DNA of 53,029 nucleotides from Thermoproteota archaeon (GTDB lineage Archaea > Korarchaeota > Korarchaeia > Korarchaeales > Korarchaeaceae): positions 1 to 53,029 of the forward strand of contig JAOZFG010000029.1 of NCBI GenBank assembly GCA_027491435.1, in the 5' to 3' direction. The notes under the pieces were generated by a model. It ran no database searches. It saw nothing but the letters and a program-made list of their open reading frames with translations, and had not been told where the DNA came from. Shown here piece after piece: positions 16,884 to 25,634 of this stretch. Each line of letters opens with the position of its first letter. Positions within the stretch are counted from its first letter, which is position 1. A program made the position numbers and the translations under genes.

Positions 16884-17718
16884 TTAGGGTACCCTTACAC
16901 CTCCTCAAGAGTTCCACTAAGGCCTGGACGTCATCCTTGGTGACGTTACCGTCCCTCAACCTGCCCCTGAGCTCCTTGACCTGATCCATGATATCCCACT
17001 TCAGCTTTCTGACCTCCTCAGCCTCGGCAGTCATGTTCTTCTTCATCAGTTCCCGCTCAAGCCAGTTAAGCCTGGAGATACAGGCTCCGGAGGCTTTGAA
17101 CACCCTCTTCATGGCCCTCAGCTTCTTGGTCAGGTTGCTCTCCTTCACCAGTTCCCTCAAGTCATGATGAGCCTGCTTCAGCAGATTTCTAGCCTCCTCG
17201 ATCTTAGAAAAGGCCTCCTGCGCGTTCCCACTTGAAATGAGGTTCTTAGCCTCCTGGATCAGGGAGTTAACGGCGTCCAGCTCCTCCTGCACTGACGTCA
17301 CGTTCACGTACTTGGACAGCCTCCTCACCAGACCTTCCATCCTGTGAAGCCAGTAGGAAAGCCTCCTCAGCGCATTAAAGGCCTTCAAGTCGTCCTTCAA
17401 TGGTTCCTTGAACTGTTTGAGCACGTCTCTCAGTATGGCCAGGGCCTCCCTAAGCCTAAGCACAGCCCCCTCGTAATCTCCAGATTCCATTAGAGATTTT
17501 GCCTCTTCAACAAGGGGATCAGCCCTGGATAGAGCGTCGTCAACTGTGGCAGACAGGTTAGCGTCCCTGTCCTTCACGCTTAGCAGGTAACTCCTGACGT
17601 TCTCGTATGCGTCCAGGAGCTTGGAGGCCAGCGCCTGCTGGTGGTTGTTTGCCAAGGCAGGTATCATGAGGAGGGACAGAGCTGCTAACCCTGCAACTGC
17701 CCAAACAATTTTCCTCAT
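16867..17718 (-). CDS. Secreted alpha-helical repeat protein
   Basis: Signal peptide MRKIVWAVAGLAALSLLMIPALA; internal repeats (EEAKSLMESGDYEGA / QEAKNLISSGNAQEA); several N-glycosylation sequons; GGTGA SD. Confidence 0.75.
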   Translation of the reverse strand: MRKIVWAVAGLAALSLLMIPALANNHQQALASKLLDAYENVRSYLLSVKDRDANLSATVDDALSRADPLVEEAKSLMESGDYEGAVLRLREALAILRDVLKQFKEPLKDDLKAFNALRRLSYWLHRMEGLVRRLSKYVNVTSVQEELDAVNSLIQEAKNLISSGNAQEAFSKIEEARNLLKQAHHDLRELVKESNLTKKLRAMKRVFKASGACISRLNWLERELMKKNMTAEAEEVRKLKWDIMDQVKELRGRLRDGNVTKDDVQALVELLRRCKGTLNEYRG

Positions 17719-17749
17719 TGAATCACCGGGTCAAAGGGGAGGTGAGGGG

Positions 17750-17783
17750 ATATTAGGGACGCTGATGGGACGTCCCTGAGACG
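17750..17783 (-). promoter_or_regulatory. Three 11-bp-phased direct repeats (CGTCYC on minus) next to a weak TATA-like TAATAT
   Basis: Plus strand: GGGACG at 17756, GGGACG at 17767, GAGACG at 17778; the middle copy lies in the palindrome GGGACGTCCC. Confidence 0.55.
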
Positions 17784-19571
17784 TCAGAAGTCCATGGCCT
17801 CGTAGATCTCCTTGGGGAGGTTTGGACAGTTCCTGTCCAACCAGTACTTGCTCACCTCTATTTGGGCCTTAAGGAGCCTCCTGAACTCCTCCATCTCCAG
17901 GTAAGAGGTTGGATCCAGCTGGCTGAGCCTCTCATCGCTTAACCCGGGGACGTGCTTGGGAATTAGGACCTTGTCTCCCCAGACCGGGTGAGGCTTGTAC
18001 TCCACCGCCCCCCTGACCGCCTGTAATATGAAGAGCTCAGTCTCCTCTATGGTGGGCCTCTCCCCGCCTACCGCCTTAGGAACCCCGTTCTTCTCCACTA
18101 GGATGGGCTCGGGAACTTCCAGAACCCTTCCGTCTAATTCCCTCTCCACCCACCTGTACTTAGCTATTATGCGGCCGGTGTTGTTGAACATGTAGACCTG
18201 AATGGGGTCTCCCCTCTCGGCCCTCCTCTTCAAGAACTCGTAGAACCTAACCACGTGAGCTGTGTTGCTCACCCCCATGGTGAAGGGCTGAGCGAACCTG
18301 GCCACGTACCTTATCTTCCCTATAACCTCCTTTGACTGGGCCGGGTGGCCTATAGTCCTGCCGTCGGCCAGCACCTTAGCTGCAAGGGCTGGATCCTCTA
18401 TCTTCATCCAGGCCCACTCGGTGAAGTAACCTGGGGAGAGGAATATGGCCACGTTTAAGGGGCCGCTTGACTGAACGTCTCCGTCGAAGTAGCCTGTGTC
18501 CTCCAGCCTGAGCACGGATCTGGAGTTCCTGTTCATCATCCCGAAGTACTGGAAAAGCTCCCCTTTGAACGAGGGATAGCCGTTCTCGTCGAACTCCGTG
18601 TTCTCGTGAAGGGCGTGAGGGCTCATGGCGGCCCTCCACATGGCCTCTTGCTCCGGAGTTAAGTCCTCCGTCTTGGTCCACGCTCCCCTCTCCGAGCCTA
18701 TGACTGTGTCCTCAAATATCGCTATTATATCATCGTTCTTTATCGCCTGATCCCTGACGTACTCCAGGGGGTTTATCCCGAACTCCCTTTGATAGACCTT
18801 GCTGTTGTTCTCCGTCCAGACGTAAAGGCCGTGAGTTGACTTGCCTGTCCCCGTCAGCCCCCAGACGGCCATCACTATCCTCTTCCACTCTCCGCTAACA
18901 GTCTTGACGGTAAACTCCCTTAGGGCGGCGTGCTCGCCCGTGCCTCCTCTCTTGTAGACGTGGAATATCCAGTGGGTCAGCACAGCCTTCTTTATTTCGC
19001 CCTGATAAGAGGAGGCGGTTATCACCGTGAAGTTATGGTGGGGGAACCTCATGACCATGAGCATCCTGTCGGTTCCGGGTATCTTAGGGTTCCCCAGGTA
19101 GTGGGGCACCACGAAGACCTCCACATCTGGCTCCCCGTCGGGAGGGGCGTCAAACACGAGCTGTTTCCACCTGTAGGCTAGATCTGGGAATTGGGGGTCT
19201 ACGTAAACCCTGGCGTGCATGCTTGCCTTGGTGCCCGGCTTGCCGACTATGCCGTCCACCTTTATCAAAGGGCCCTGGGCCAATATGTGCTCGAGAACCC
19301 TCATTAGCAGGAGTTTATGCTCCCTCTGAAGCTGAGAGTCGTCCTCTATTACCACTGTGTTGGCAGCGGACCTGCTCCATATGTTTGAGGCCCAGTTCCA
19401 GGAGCCGTTCTTGTATTGAGTCCCGTAGAGTTTAGCCCTATCAAACAGGTCTGGCGGGTTATCCAACAAAGCTTTGAGCCCGGCCCTCTCCTTAACCTCG
19501 ATGATCTTCCTGAAGGTCTCCTTGAAGACCCCCGGGGTCATCTCATCGAGATCAGGTATCACCTTGGGCAT
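17784..19571 (-). CDS. pckA: Phosphoenolpyruvate carboxykinase, ATP-type (divergent)
   Basis: YQGEIKK, GEHA, P-loop GLTGTGKST, KNDD, GSERGAWTKT, HENT, NRNSR, NNTG follow the order of PEPCK(ATP) motifs. Confidence 0.78.
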   Translation of the reverse strand: MPKVIPDLDEMTPGVFKETFRKIIEVKERAGLKALLDNPPDLFDRAKLYGTQYKNGSWNWASNIWSRSAANTVVIEDDSQLQREHKLLLMRVLEHILAQGPLIKVDGIVGKPGTKASMHARVYVDPQFPDLAYRWKQLVFDAPPDGEPDVEVFVVPHYLGNPKIPGTDRMLMVMRFPHHNFTVITASSYQGEIKKAVLTHWIFHVYKRGGTGEHAALREFTVKTVSGEWKRIVMAVWGLTGTGKSTHGLYVWTENNSKVYQREFGINPLEYVRDQAIKNDDIIAIFEDTVIGSERGAWTKTEDLTPEQEAMWRAAMSPHALHENTEFDENGYPSFKGELFQYFGMMNRNSRSVLRLEDTGYFDGDVQSSGPLNVAIFLSPGYFTEWAWMKIEDPALAAKVLADGRTIGHPAQSKEVIGKIRYVARFAQPFTMGVSNTAHVVRFYEFLKRRAERGDPIQVYMFNNTGRIIAKYRWVERELDGRVLEVPEPILVEKNGVPKAVGGERPTIEETELFILQAVRGAVEYKPHPVWGDKVLIPKHVPGLSDERLSQLDPTSYLEMEEFRRLLKAQIEVSKYWLDRNCPNLPKEIYEAMDF

Positions 19572-19719
19572 GCTTAGACCTCATGCTCCACCCATATAGT
19601 ATAAATTAATAACTTTCGGAGCCGCCCGCTCCGGGAATTAAGTTAAAGAATTTAATGCAATATGTTGAGAGACGTCGGGAGTGAATTATTAGCTAACCCG
19701 TCAGGGAAGGGAGGTGGTT

Positions 19720-20574
19720 ATGAGAAGGGAACATCAGGGAGTGGCTATAGCGGTGCTCACCTCAGCCATATGGGGAGCGACCTTCCCGGTTATGAAGTTA
19801 GCTCTAAACGACGCCTCGCCCCTGGCCTTCATGACCCTCAGGTTCTTGCTGGCTTCAGCCCTGCTGATCCTAATCGTGAGAAGGTTAACTTACTGCCGCA
19901 AGGGGGTCATGCTAGGTGTGCTCGTGTTTTTAGGGTTCTACTTGCAGCTCCTAGGGCTTAAATTCACCACAGCCACGAAGTCTGCATTTATAACCGGGAT
20001 GAGCGTGGTTTTCGTTCCCCTAATTGATTACTTAGTGTTCGGCAGGAGGCCTCGCCCTAAGGTGTTACTGGCCGCCTTTTTGGGCATTACCGGGCTGGCC
20101 CTGTTGACTGAGGTCACCTACTCCCCGGTAAACCTTGGGGACGTGCTCACGCTGGGAAGCGCAGTGGCGTGGGCGGGACAGATAATGGCAGTGGACAGGT
20201 TGGTGGGCAGGTTGAGTCCTAGAAGCGTGGCTTTATATCAGTCAATACCCCCCTTCCTGTTGTCCGCGGCCTTCTCCCTGTTGGGGAGCGACTTCACGTT
20301 GAGGCCCACCTTAGGCTTAGCTGTGGCTCTCATCTACACTGGAGGGATAGCTACAGCCTTAGGGCTCAGCCTTCAAGCCGTCGCGCAGGAGATGATAAGC
20401 CCGGAGGCTGCTGCCCTCAGCTACCTGTCAGAGCCTATATTTGCCGCCCTTTTCGCATCCCTCATGCTGGGAGAGGCAATGAACCTCACACAGGCCACGG
20501 GAGCCCTCCTGATAATAACCTCCATGCTGATGGGAGCGGAAAAGAAGGTTAATGAGTTTCAAGAGGTTAAATGA
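19720..20574 (+). CDS. EamA/DMT family transporter
   Basis: IWGATF, LRF, GLKFTTATKSAFI, GDVLTL, SEPIFAA; 10 TM in two repeats. Confidence 0.92.
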   Translation: MRREHQGVAIAVLTSAIWGATFPVMKLALNDASPLAFMTLRFLLASALLILIVRRLTYCRKGVMLGVLVFLGFYLQLLGLKFTTATKSAFITGMSVVFVPLIDYLVFGRRPRPKVLLAAFLGITGLALLTEVTYSPVNLGDVLTLGSAVAWAGQIMAVDRLVGRLSPRSVALYQSIPPFLLSAAFSLLGSDFTLRPTLGLAVALIYTGGIATALGLSLQAVAQEMISPEAAALSYLSEPIFAALFASLMLGEAMNLTQATGALLIITSMLMGAEKKVNEFQEVK

Positions 20575-21397
20575 ACTCCCTCAGCTCCCTAACGTATTCC
20601 AGGTCGGTTATGACAGCATCCCCCAGGTTTACCTTAAACAGCCTCGCTAGGGGGAGACATTTGGCCCTGAACAAAGCGAGCACCGGCGTCCTAACTGAGT
20701 CTACAGTGTCCAAGAGGCTCTCAAGGTTGGCTATCCCCTTTGAGATTATCAGGTCGAACTGGTCCTGCCTGTCCAACAACGTGTAGAAGAAGGTGTACCT
20801 AGAGCCCGTCTCCAAGACCTCAAAATCAACGGGCCCCAGATCTTCAGGAGTAACGTCTACCTCGTAGGGCAGGCTCCTGACCACCAGTACAACCTCCTTC
20901 CCGGACTCCCTGAGGACTCTGGCCAATTCGACATCCACCAAGTGTTCCCCAGCGTTGTCCAGGAGTATGGCCACCCTCTTGGCCCTCCTCAGCTCCTCAA
21001 CAGGATCGCCCTTCACCCTGTAAGCTACACGCCCCTCCAGCTCAACCCTATCGCCCCCATCGTAATCGGGCATGAGGACGTCAACGCTGTTGGCCATGGC
21101 TGAGAGCTCCAGCATCCACTTTATATCGACGTTAACCAGGTCTAGCCTGACGCTCTTAATCACAGATGCCTTCTTGTCCCTGCAAGGATCCTCTTCACCA
21201 AAGTACTTGGAGACCCAATCAAAGCTCTCAACGAAAATCTCAGTCCTGTTCCTTCCCTCCATGACTAATTGAGAAAGCTTAGTTAACAAAAGTGAGTAGG
21301 CCCTTTCCTCTGATATCCCCCTCTCTAAGAAGTGGTTTAACCTTGAGCAAATGAGACATTTAACGCATTCGGGCCCCAAGAACTTGAGCCCCGTCAC
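20567..21397 (-). CDS. DUF89/ARMT1-like damage-control metal-dependent phosphatase
   Basis: N-terminal ECVKC, EDP...K, ANSVD, LLDNAGE, DVT, IISKGIANLESL, AKC. Confidence 0.82.
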   Translation of the reverse strand: MTGLKFLGPECVKCLICSRLNHFLERGISEERAYSLLLTKLSQLVMEGRNRTEIFVESFDWVSKYFGEEDPCRDKKASVIKSVRLDLVNVDIKWMLELSAMANSVDVLMPDYDGGDRVELEGRVAYRVKGDPVEELRRAKRVAILLDNAGEHLVDVELARVLRESGKEVVLVVRSLPYEVDVTPEDLGPVDFEVLETGSRYTFFYTLLDRQDQFDLIISKGIANLESLLDTVDSVRTPVLALFRAKCLPLARLFKVNLGDAVITDLEYVRELREFI

Positions 21398-21474
21398 TGG
21401 CGTCTGAACGGGAACTAGAGGTCCGAATAGCGACCACCTGTCATGGGATCACCTGCCCGAACCTGTTCCACCTT

Positions 21475-22356
21475 CTATATAAAGGTTGTGAGCCTCTCGA
21501 ACATCAGGTTCAGCTCTTCTTCGGTCACCTCAGGGTACATGGGGATGGTGACTACCCTGTCGAAGAGCTTCATTGCCTCCTTTAACTTCCTCCTCTGCAA
21601 CTCTAGGCGCGCCGACAGGACGTCTTGACTCATAACCTGGTTTACGATCACACCCCTCACATCTATCCCAAAGGACTTGAGTTCTCTAACAGCCCTTACC
21701 GCCTCCCTGAGGGGCAGGTCCTCAGGAGTCGTTATGACGTAGGATGTAGTTTGGCCCCTCAGCATCTCGAAGATGTCCTCCGCGAGCTTCCTCCACCTGT
21801 TCAGTATGTTGAGCGGATCCTCGCCGCCCCTCCTCATCCTGTCCAGGGCACCCCTTACCCTTAGGTAGAGGGAAGCGGCCTGCCCCAAGTGCTCGTAGAA
21901 CTCCTTCTCAATCCTTATCAGCCTGAGGGTCCCTCCCACAGGAGAGGTGTCCCAGACCACGTAGTCGTAGTTGGGAAGCTCCCAGAGTATCATAGCCAAG
22001 GAGAACTGTTCGGGAATACTTGGCGCCTCGGCTATGTAGTCTATCACCTCCCTTCCCACATCAAGGAATGAGGAGATTATCCTGAAGACCTCCTCACCGA
22101 ACCTTTCTCTCCAGAGCTCCCTGGTGATTTCCTCGTCCAGTTCTAGAACGTCTAAGTTGCCCAGGGAAACCTTCCTCCCCCTGGCGTCTACCTTCAATAT
22201 GTTGCTGAGGCTGGGCTGATAATCTGTGGATATCAATAACACCCTATACCTCTTTGCGAGCCCCTTAGCTACTGCTGAGGCGCACGTCGACTTGCCGACG
22301 CCTCCCTTCCCAGTGAACATGAGAACCTTCATATGCTTTTTTACGGCTCCCAACAT
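21475..22356 (-). CDS. ArsA/GET3 family single-domain ATPase
   Basis: GKGGVGKST, LISTD..PSL, VVWDTSPVGGTLRL, VTTPE-like ITTPE, IVNQV. Confidence 0.88.
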   Translation of the reverse strand: MLGAVKKHMKVLMFTGKGGVGKSTCASAVAKGLAKRYRVLLISTDYQPSLSNILKVDARGRKVSLGNLDVLELDEEITRELWRERFGEEVFRIISSFLDVGREVIDYIAEAPSIPEQFSLAMILWELPNYDYVVWDTSPVGGTLRLIRIEKEFYEHLGQAASLYLRVRGALDRMRRGGEDPLNILNRWRKLAEDIFEMLRGQTTSYVITTPEDLPLREAVRAVRELKSFGIDVRGVIVNQVMSQDVLSARLELQRRKLKEAMKLFDRVVTIPMYPEVTEEELNLMFERLTTFI

Positions 22357-22407
22357 AAAGCTGTGACGCGCGAATATAAGGGGCTCCCGGCTAATTAATG
22401 GGTTGAC

Positions 22408-23154
22408 ATGGACCTCAAGAAGGTGGTTGAGGGTTTACCGGAAACTGAGGAGTTATTCCTTCAAGATTCCTACCTGAGAGAGGCCGACGCTAGAATAGTT
22501 AAGGCGGTCAGGGAGAAGGGGAAGAGGTATTACTTGGTCCTAGACAAGACGATATTTCACCCCTTGGCTGGAGGACAGCCCACCGACAAAGGCCTCTTAG
22601 AGGGAGACGGGCTCAAGTTTGAGGTTAAGAAGGCCTTAAAGACGGGGAAACACGTGGTACTCTATGGAAAAGCTGTGGAGGGCCTTCCCAGCGAGAGCAT
22701 GGAGGTGACCCAGAGAATTGACTGGGAGAGGAGGTACCTAATAATGAGGTTGCATACAGCAGGTCACGTGTTGGACAGGGCGGTATCAGAACTTATAGGT
22801 CAGCAGGTCCACACGTTGGGAGCCTTTCACGGTCCCCCAGACGCTTACGTTGAGTACGATGTGCTTAACGTTAACCTAAAGGAGTTGGAAAGGATGGCCA
22901 ACGAGATATTGGACGATAGGGAGGTTGTGATAAGGTACGTGAGTTGGCGGGAGCTGGACAAGGTGATATACGGAGCCCCTAACTTGGGAAGGCTCCCCCC
23001 AGCTGAGGTTTACAGAGTTGTGGACATTAGGGGAATAAACGCCATTCCCTGCACAGGGACACATGTCAGGAGGACATCCGAGATAAGGAGGATAAGGGTC
23101 AGGGAAGTGGAGAGGGTGGAAGGAGGCTACAGGCTGCACTACTGGGTTGACTAG
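22408..23154 (+). CDS. alaX: Alanyl-tRNA editing protein AlaX-M
   Basis: LFLQDSY, TIFHPLAGGQPTD, MRLHTAGH (HxxxH), PCTGTHV (CxxxH). Confidence 0.9.
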   Translation: MDLKKVVEGLPETEELFLQDSYLREADARIVKAVREKGKRYYLVLDKTIFHPLAGGQPTDKGLLEGDGLKFEVKKALKTGKHVVLYGKAVEGLPSESMEVTQRIDWERRYLIMRLHTAGHVLDRAVSELIGQQVHTLGAFHGPPDAYVEYDVLNVNLKELERMANEILDDREVVIRYVSWRELDKVIYGAPNLGRLPPAEVYRVVDIRGINAIPCTGTHVRRTSEIRRIRVREVERVEGGYRLHYWVD

Positions 23155-23906
23155 CCTCCTAGCACCAGCTCCTTGAGCATTGGCTGGTAGAGGGCGTTGG
23201 CTATCGTAGCCTTTAGGATGAAATCGAACGCTACCAAGGTGAGCCCCACGATCAGGTGCTCCCTCACATCCCTCTCCTTGAGGTGTACCAGCCTAACCAG
23301 TCTCAACAAAGGAACGGAGAAGTATACCCCTAGGTTCACGTAGCCTATCACCCTGAGAATGGCGTATATGGGCCAGCTGAACACCAGGAGTAGGGGCAAT
23401 TTTACCCCAGAAACCATAGTGGCAAGGGTTCCCACGTAGAAGTTCATGTAGTTAAGCAGGTAAGATCCTAAGAAGAGGCCCGCGAACCCTCCTGTCAATG
23501 AGGTCAAACTTATGAAAGCGCCCAACTCTATGAACTTGGGCTTGAGGAAGAGGTGAGGGTCACCTTCTGCTCCCTGGCCCGTGTAAATCCAGTGTAACAT
23601 CTCTTGGAAGTACTCCTTGCCCTTAATTATTCTGGCTCCAGCCTGGTCGGGGAAAAAGTAGGAATAGGCCACAATAACTACTGTGGAAGCCAGGGCCCAC
23701 AGGAGGACGTGGGTCACCGCCTTCCAGCTGGCCCTGATCCTGAGGTCCAACAGGAATAAAGGGTATATGAACAGGGTCATTACTAGGGGGAGCAACCAGG
23801 GGTTGTATTTAGCGAGGAATAGGCCTAAAATTGTGGATAGGGCGCCGGCAACAATTGCTAGGGCGTAACCAGTGGGACCGAGTAATCTTAATAACCATAG
23901 GGACAT
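23151..23906 (-). CDS. Hypothetical multi-pass membrane protein
   Basis: ~7 hydrophobic segments; last gene of the nfeD-SPFH-udp run. Confidence 0.65.
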   Translation of the reverse strand: MSLWLLRLLGPTGYALAIVAGALSTILGLFLAKYNPWLLPLVMTLFIYPLFLLDLRIRASWKAVTHVLLWALASTVVIVAYSYFFPDQAGARIIKGKEYFQEMLHWIYTGQGAEGDPHLFLKPKFIELGAFISLTSLTGGFAGLFLGSYLLNYMNFYVGTLATMVSGVKLPLLLVFSWPIYAILRVIGYVNLGVYFSVPLLRLVRLVHLKERDVREHLIVGLTLVAFDFILKATIANALYQPMLKELVLGG

Positions 23907-23910
23907 ATTA

Positions 23911-24780
23911 CTAGGACACGGTATCCTTAGATAACCCTTTCTTATTTTCGGCGATTAGGGATGGGTAGAGAAACCTCCTACCCCCCTCCTTCTTGATGGA
24001 GTCCCACTCGCTCAACACCTTCACTGCCTCGTTTGCCACTCTGATGGCCTCATCTTCGCCCTTCACCTCGAACTCGTTGGTCACCCTCTGAGCGTAGACT
24101 GCACACACGCAGCCTGCCCTGAGCCCGAAGAGGCTGGCCAATGTGAATAAGGTGGCTGCCTCCATCTCGAAGTTAAGCACCTTGGCAGCCCTCAAATCGT
24201 CGAGGAGGGAGTTCATCCAGCTCTGAAAGTACCCTTTGTATCCCTTCCTCCCTTGTCCGGTGTAAAAGCTGTCAGTGGAAGCCGTTATCCCCACGTGATA
24301 CCTGAAGCCCAGGGACTCGGCGGCCTCTATGAGAGCCATGACCACCTCATAGCTTGCTATCGCTGGGTAGCCCTCGCGCACGTATTGGTAGCTGGTTCCC
24401 TCCATTCTAACGGCTCCGGTGGAGATTATCAGGTCTCCCAGCTTTATATCGGGTTGAATTGCCCCTGTGCTGCCAACTCTTATGAAGGTGTTCACCCCAA
24501 CTCTGGCCAGCTCCTCTACAGCGATGGCTGTCGCTGGGCCGCCTATGCCGGTGGAGACCGCCAGCAAGCCTACTCCTCTGTACTTCCCCCTGTGTACCCT
24601 AAACTGCCTGTGCTCATCAACCGCCTCAAACTCATCCCAGTAACTAGAGATCTTATTTACCCTATCCGGATCACCAGGGAGTAGGGCGTATCTTTCGGCC
24701 TTCCCTGGGCTAATCCTAACGTGATAGGGGGTGGAGCCCATGACGGGCTCCTCAGCGCTCTTGAACTTCACTCGAGCCAC
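23911..24780 (-). CDS. udp: Uridine phosphorylase
   Basis: YH, LLPGDPDR, STGIGGP..AIAVEEL, IRVGSTG, DSFYTGQGR, NFEMEAA. Confidence 0.9.
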   Translation of the reverse strand: MARVKFKSAEEPVMGSTPYHVRISPGKAERYALLPGDPDRVNKISSYWDEFEAVDEHRQFRVHRGKYRGVGLLAVSTGIGGPATAIAVEELARVGVNTFIRVGSTGAIQPDIKLGDLIISTGAVRMEGTSYQYVREGYPAIASYEVVMALIEAAESLGFRYHVGITASTDSFYTGQGRKGYKGYFQSWMNSLLDDLRAAKVLNFEMEAATLFTLASLFGLRAGCVCAVYAQRVTNEFEVKGEDEAIRVANEAVKVLSEWDSIKKEGGRRFLYPSLIAENKKGLSKDTVS

Positions 24781-25634
24781 CCTTTTATCATCTCCAGGAT
24801 CTCCAGGGGTATCACTATCTTGGTGGACTGAGCCTCCCCTATCCTCTTCAGCCCTTCCAGGTATTGCAACTTCATAGTGTTCTCGTCCAGCTCCCTGGCC
24901 ACCTTTGATATTGTGTCTAAGGCTAGGGCGTAACCCTCAGCCTTCAGTATCTGGGCCTGCCTCTCCCCCTCAGCTCTTAGTATGGCGGCTTGCTTTTCAC
25001 CCTCCGCCACCTTTATTGCGGACTCCTTCTTGCCCTCCGCCTCGGTAACCATCGCCCTCCTATTCCTCTCTGCAGCCATCTGCTTTATCATCGCCTCTTG
25101 AACGGGTTTCGGAGGCAGAATCTCCCTTATCTCCACGTTAGTTATCTTAACTCCCCACCTCTCAGTTACCTCGTCCAGCTTCACCCTGAGTATGTTATTT
25201 ATCTCGTCCCTCTTAGCCAGCACCTCGTCCAGGTTCATCTCACCTATCACTGCCCTCAAGGTGGTGGTAGCTATTCCTATAGCAGCCCCCCTGAAGTCAG
25301 CTACGTTGAGGAAGCTGGCCTTCGGGTCCACGACCTTATAGTACACTATGAAGTCTATGTCCGTCGGGGCGTTGTCCTTGGTTATGCAAGTTTGGTGGGG
25401 CACGTCGAAGTAGTTCTCCCTTAAGTCTATCCAGACTACCTGATCTATTATTGGTATCCTGAACACCACTCCAGGGCCCTTGACTCCTATGAACCTCCCT
25501 AGCCTGAGGATCACCAGCCTCTTGAACTCAGGCACTATCTTGATGGCTGAGGCCAAAAGCCCCACTATTATCAGGAGGATGAACAACATCAACAGGAAGT
25601 CCAGGGTAAGGAGTAGCTCCTGTAACATGGTCAC
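24768..25634 (-). CDS. SPFH/stomatin (band 7) membrane protein
   Basis: N-terminal TM, RLGR..G.KGPG, ITKDN, TTLRAVIG...LDEVL..RD.IN, QMAAER..RA...AEG. Confidence 0.93.
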   Translation of the reverse strand: MTMLQELLLTLDFLLMLFILLIIVGLLASAIKIVPEFKRLVILRLGRFIGVKGPGVVFRIPIIDQVVWIDLRENYFDVPHQTCITKDNAPTDIDFIVYYKVVDPKASFLNVADFRGAAIGIATTTLRAVIGEMNLDEVLAKRDEINNILRVKLDEVTERWGVKITNVEIREILPPKPVQEAMIKQMAAERNRRAMVTEAEGKKESAIKVAEGEKQAAILRAEGERQAQILKAEGYALALDTISKVARELDENTMKLQYLEGLKRIGEAQSTKIVIPLEILEMIKGWLE

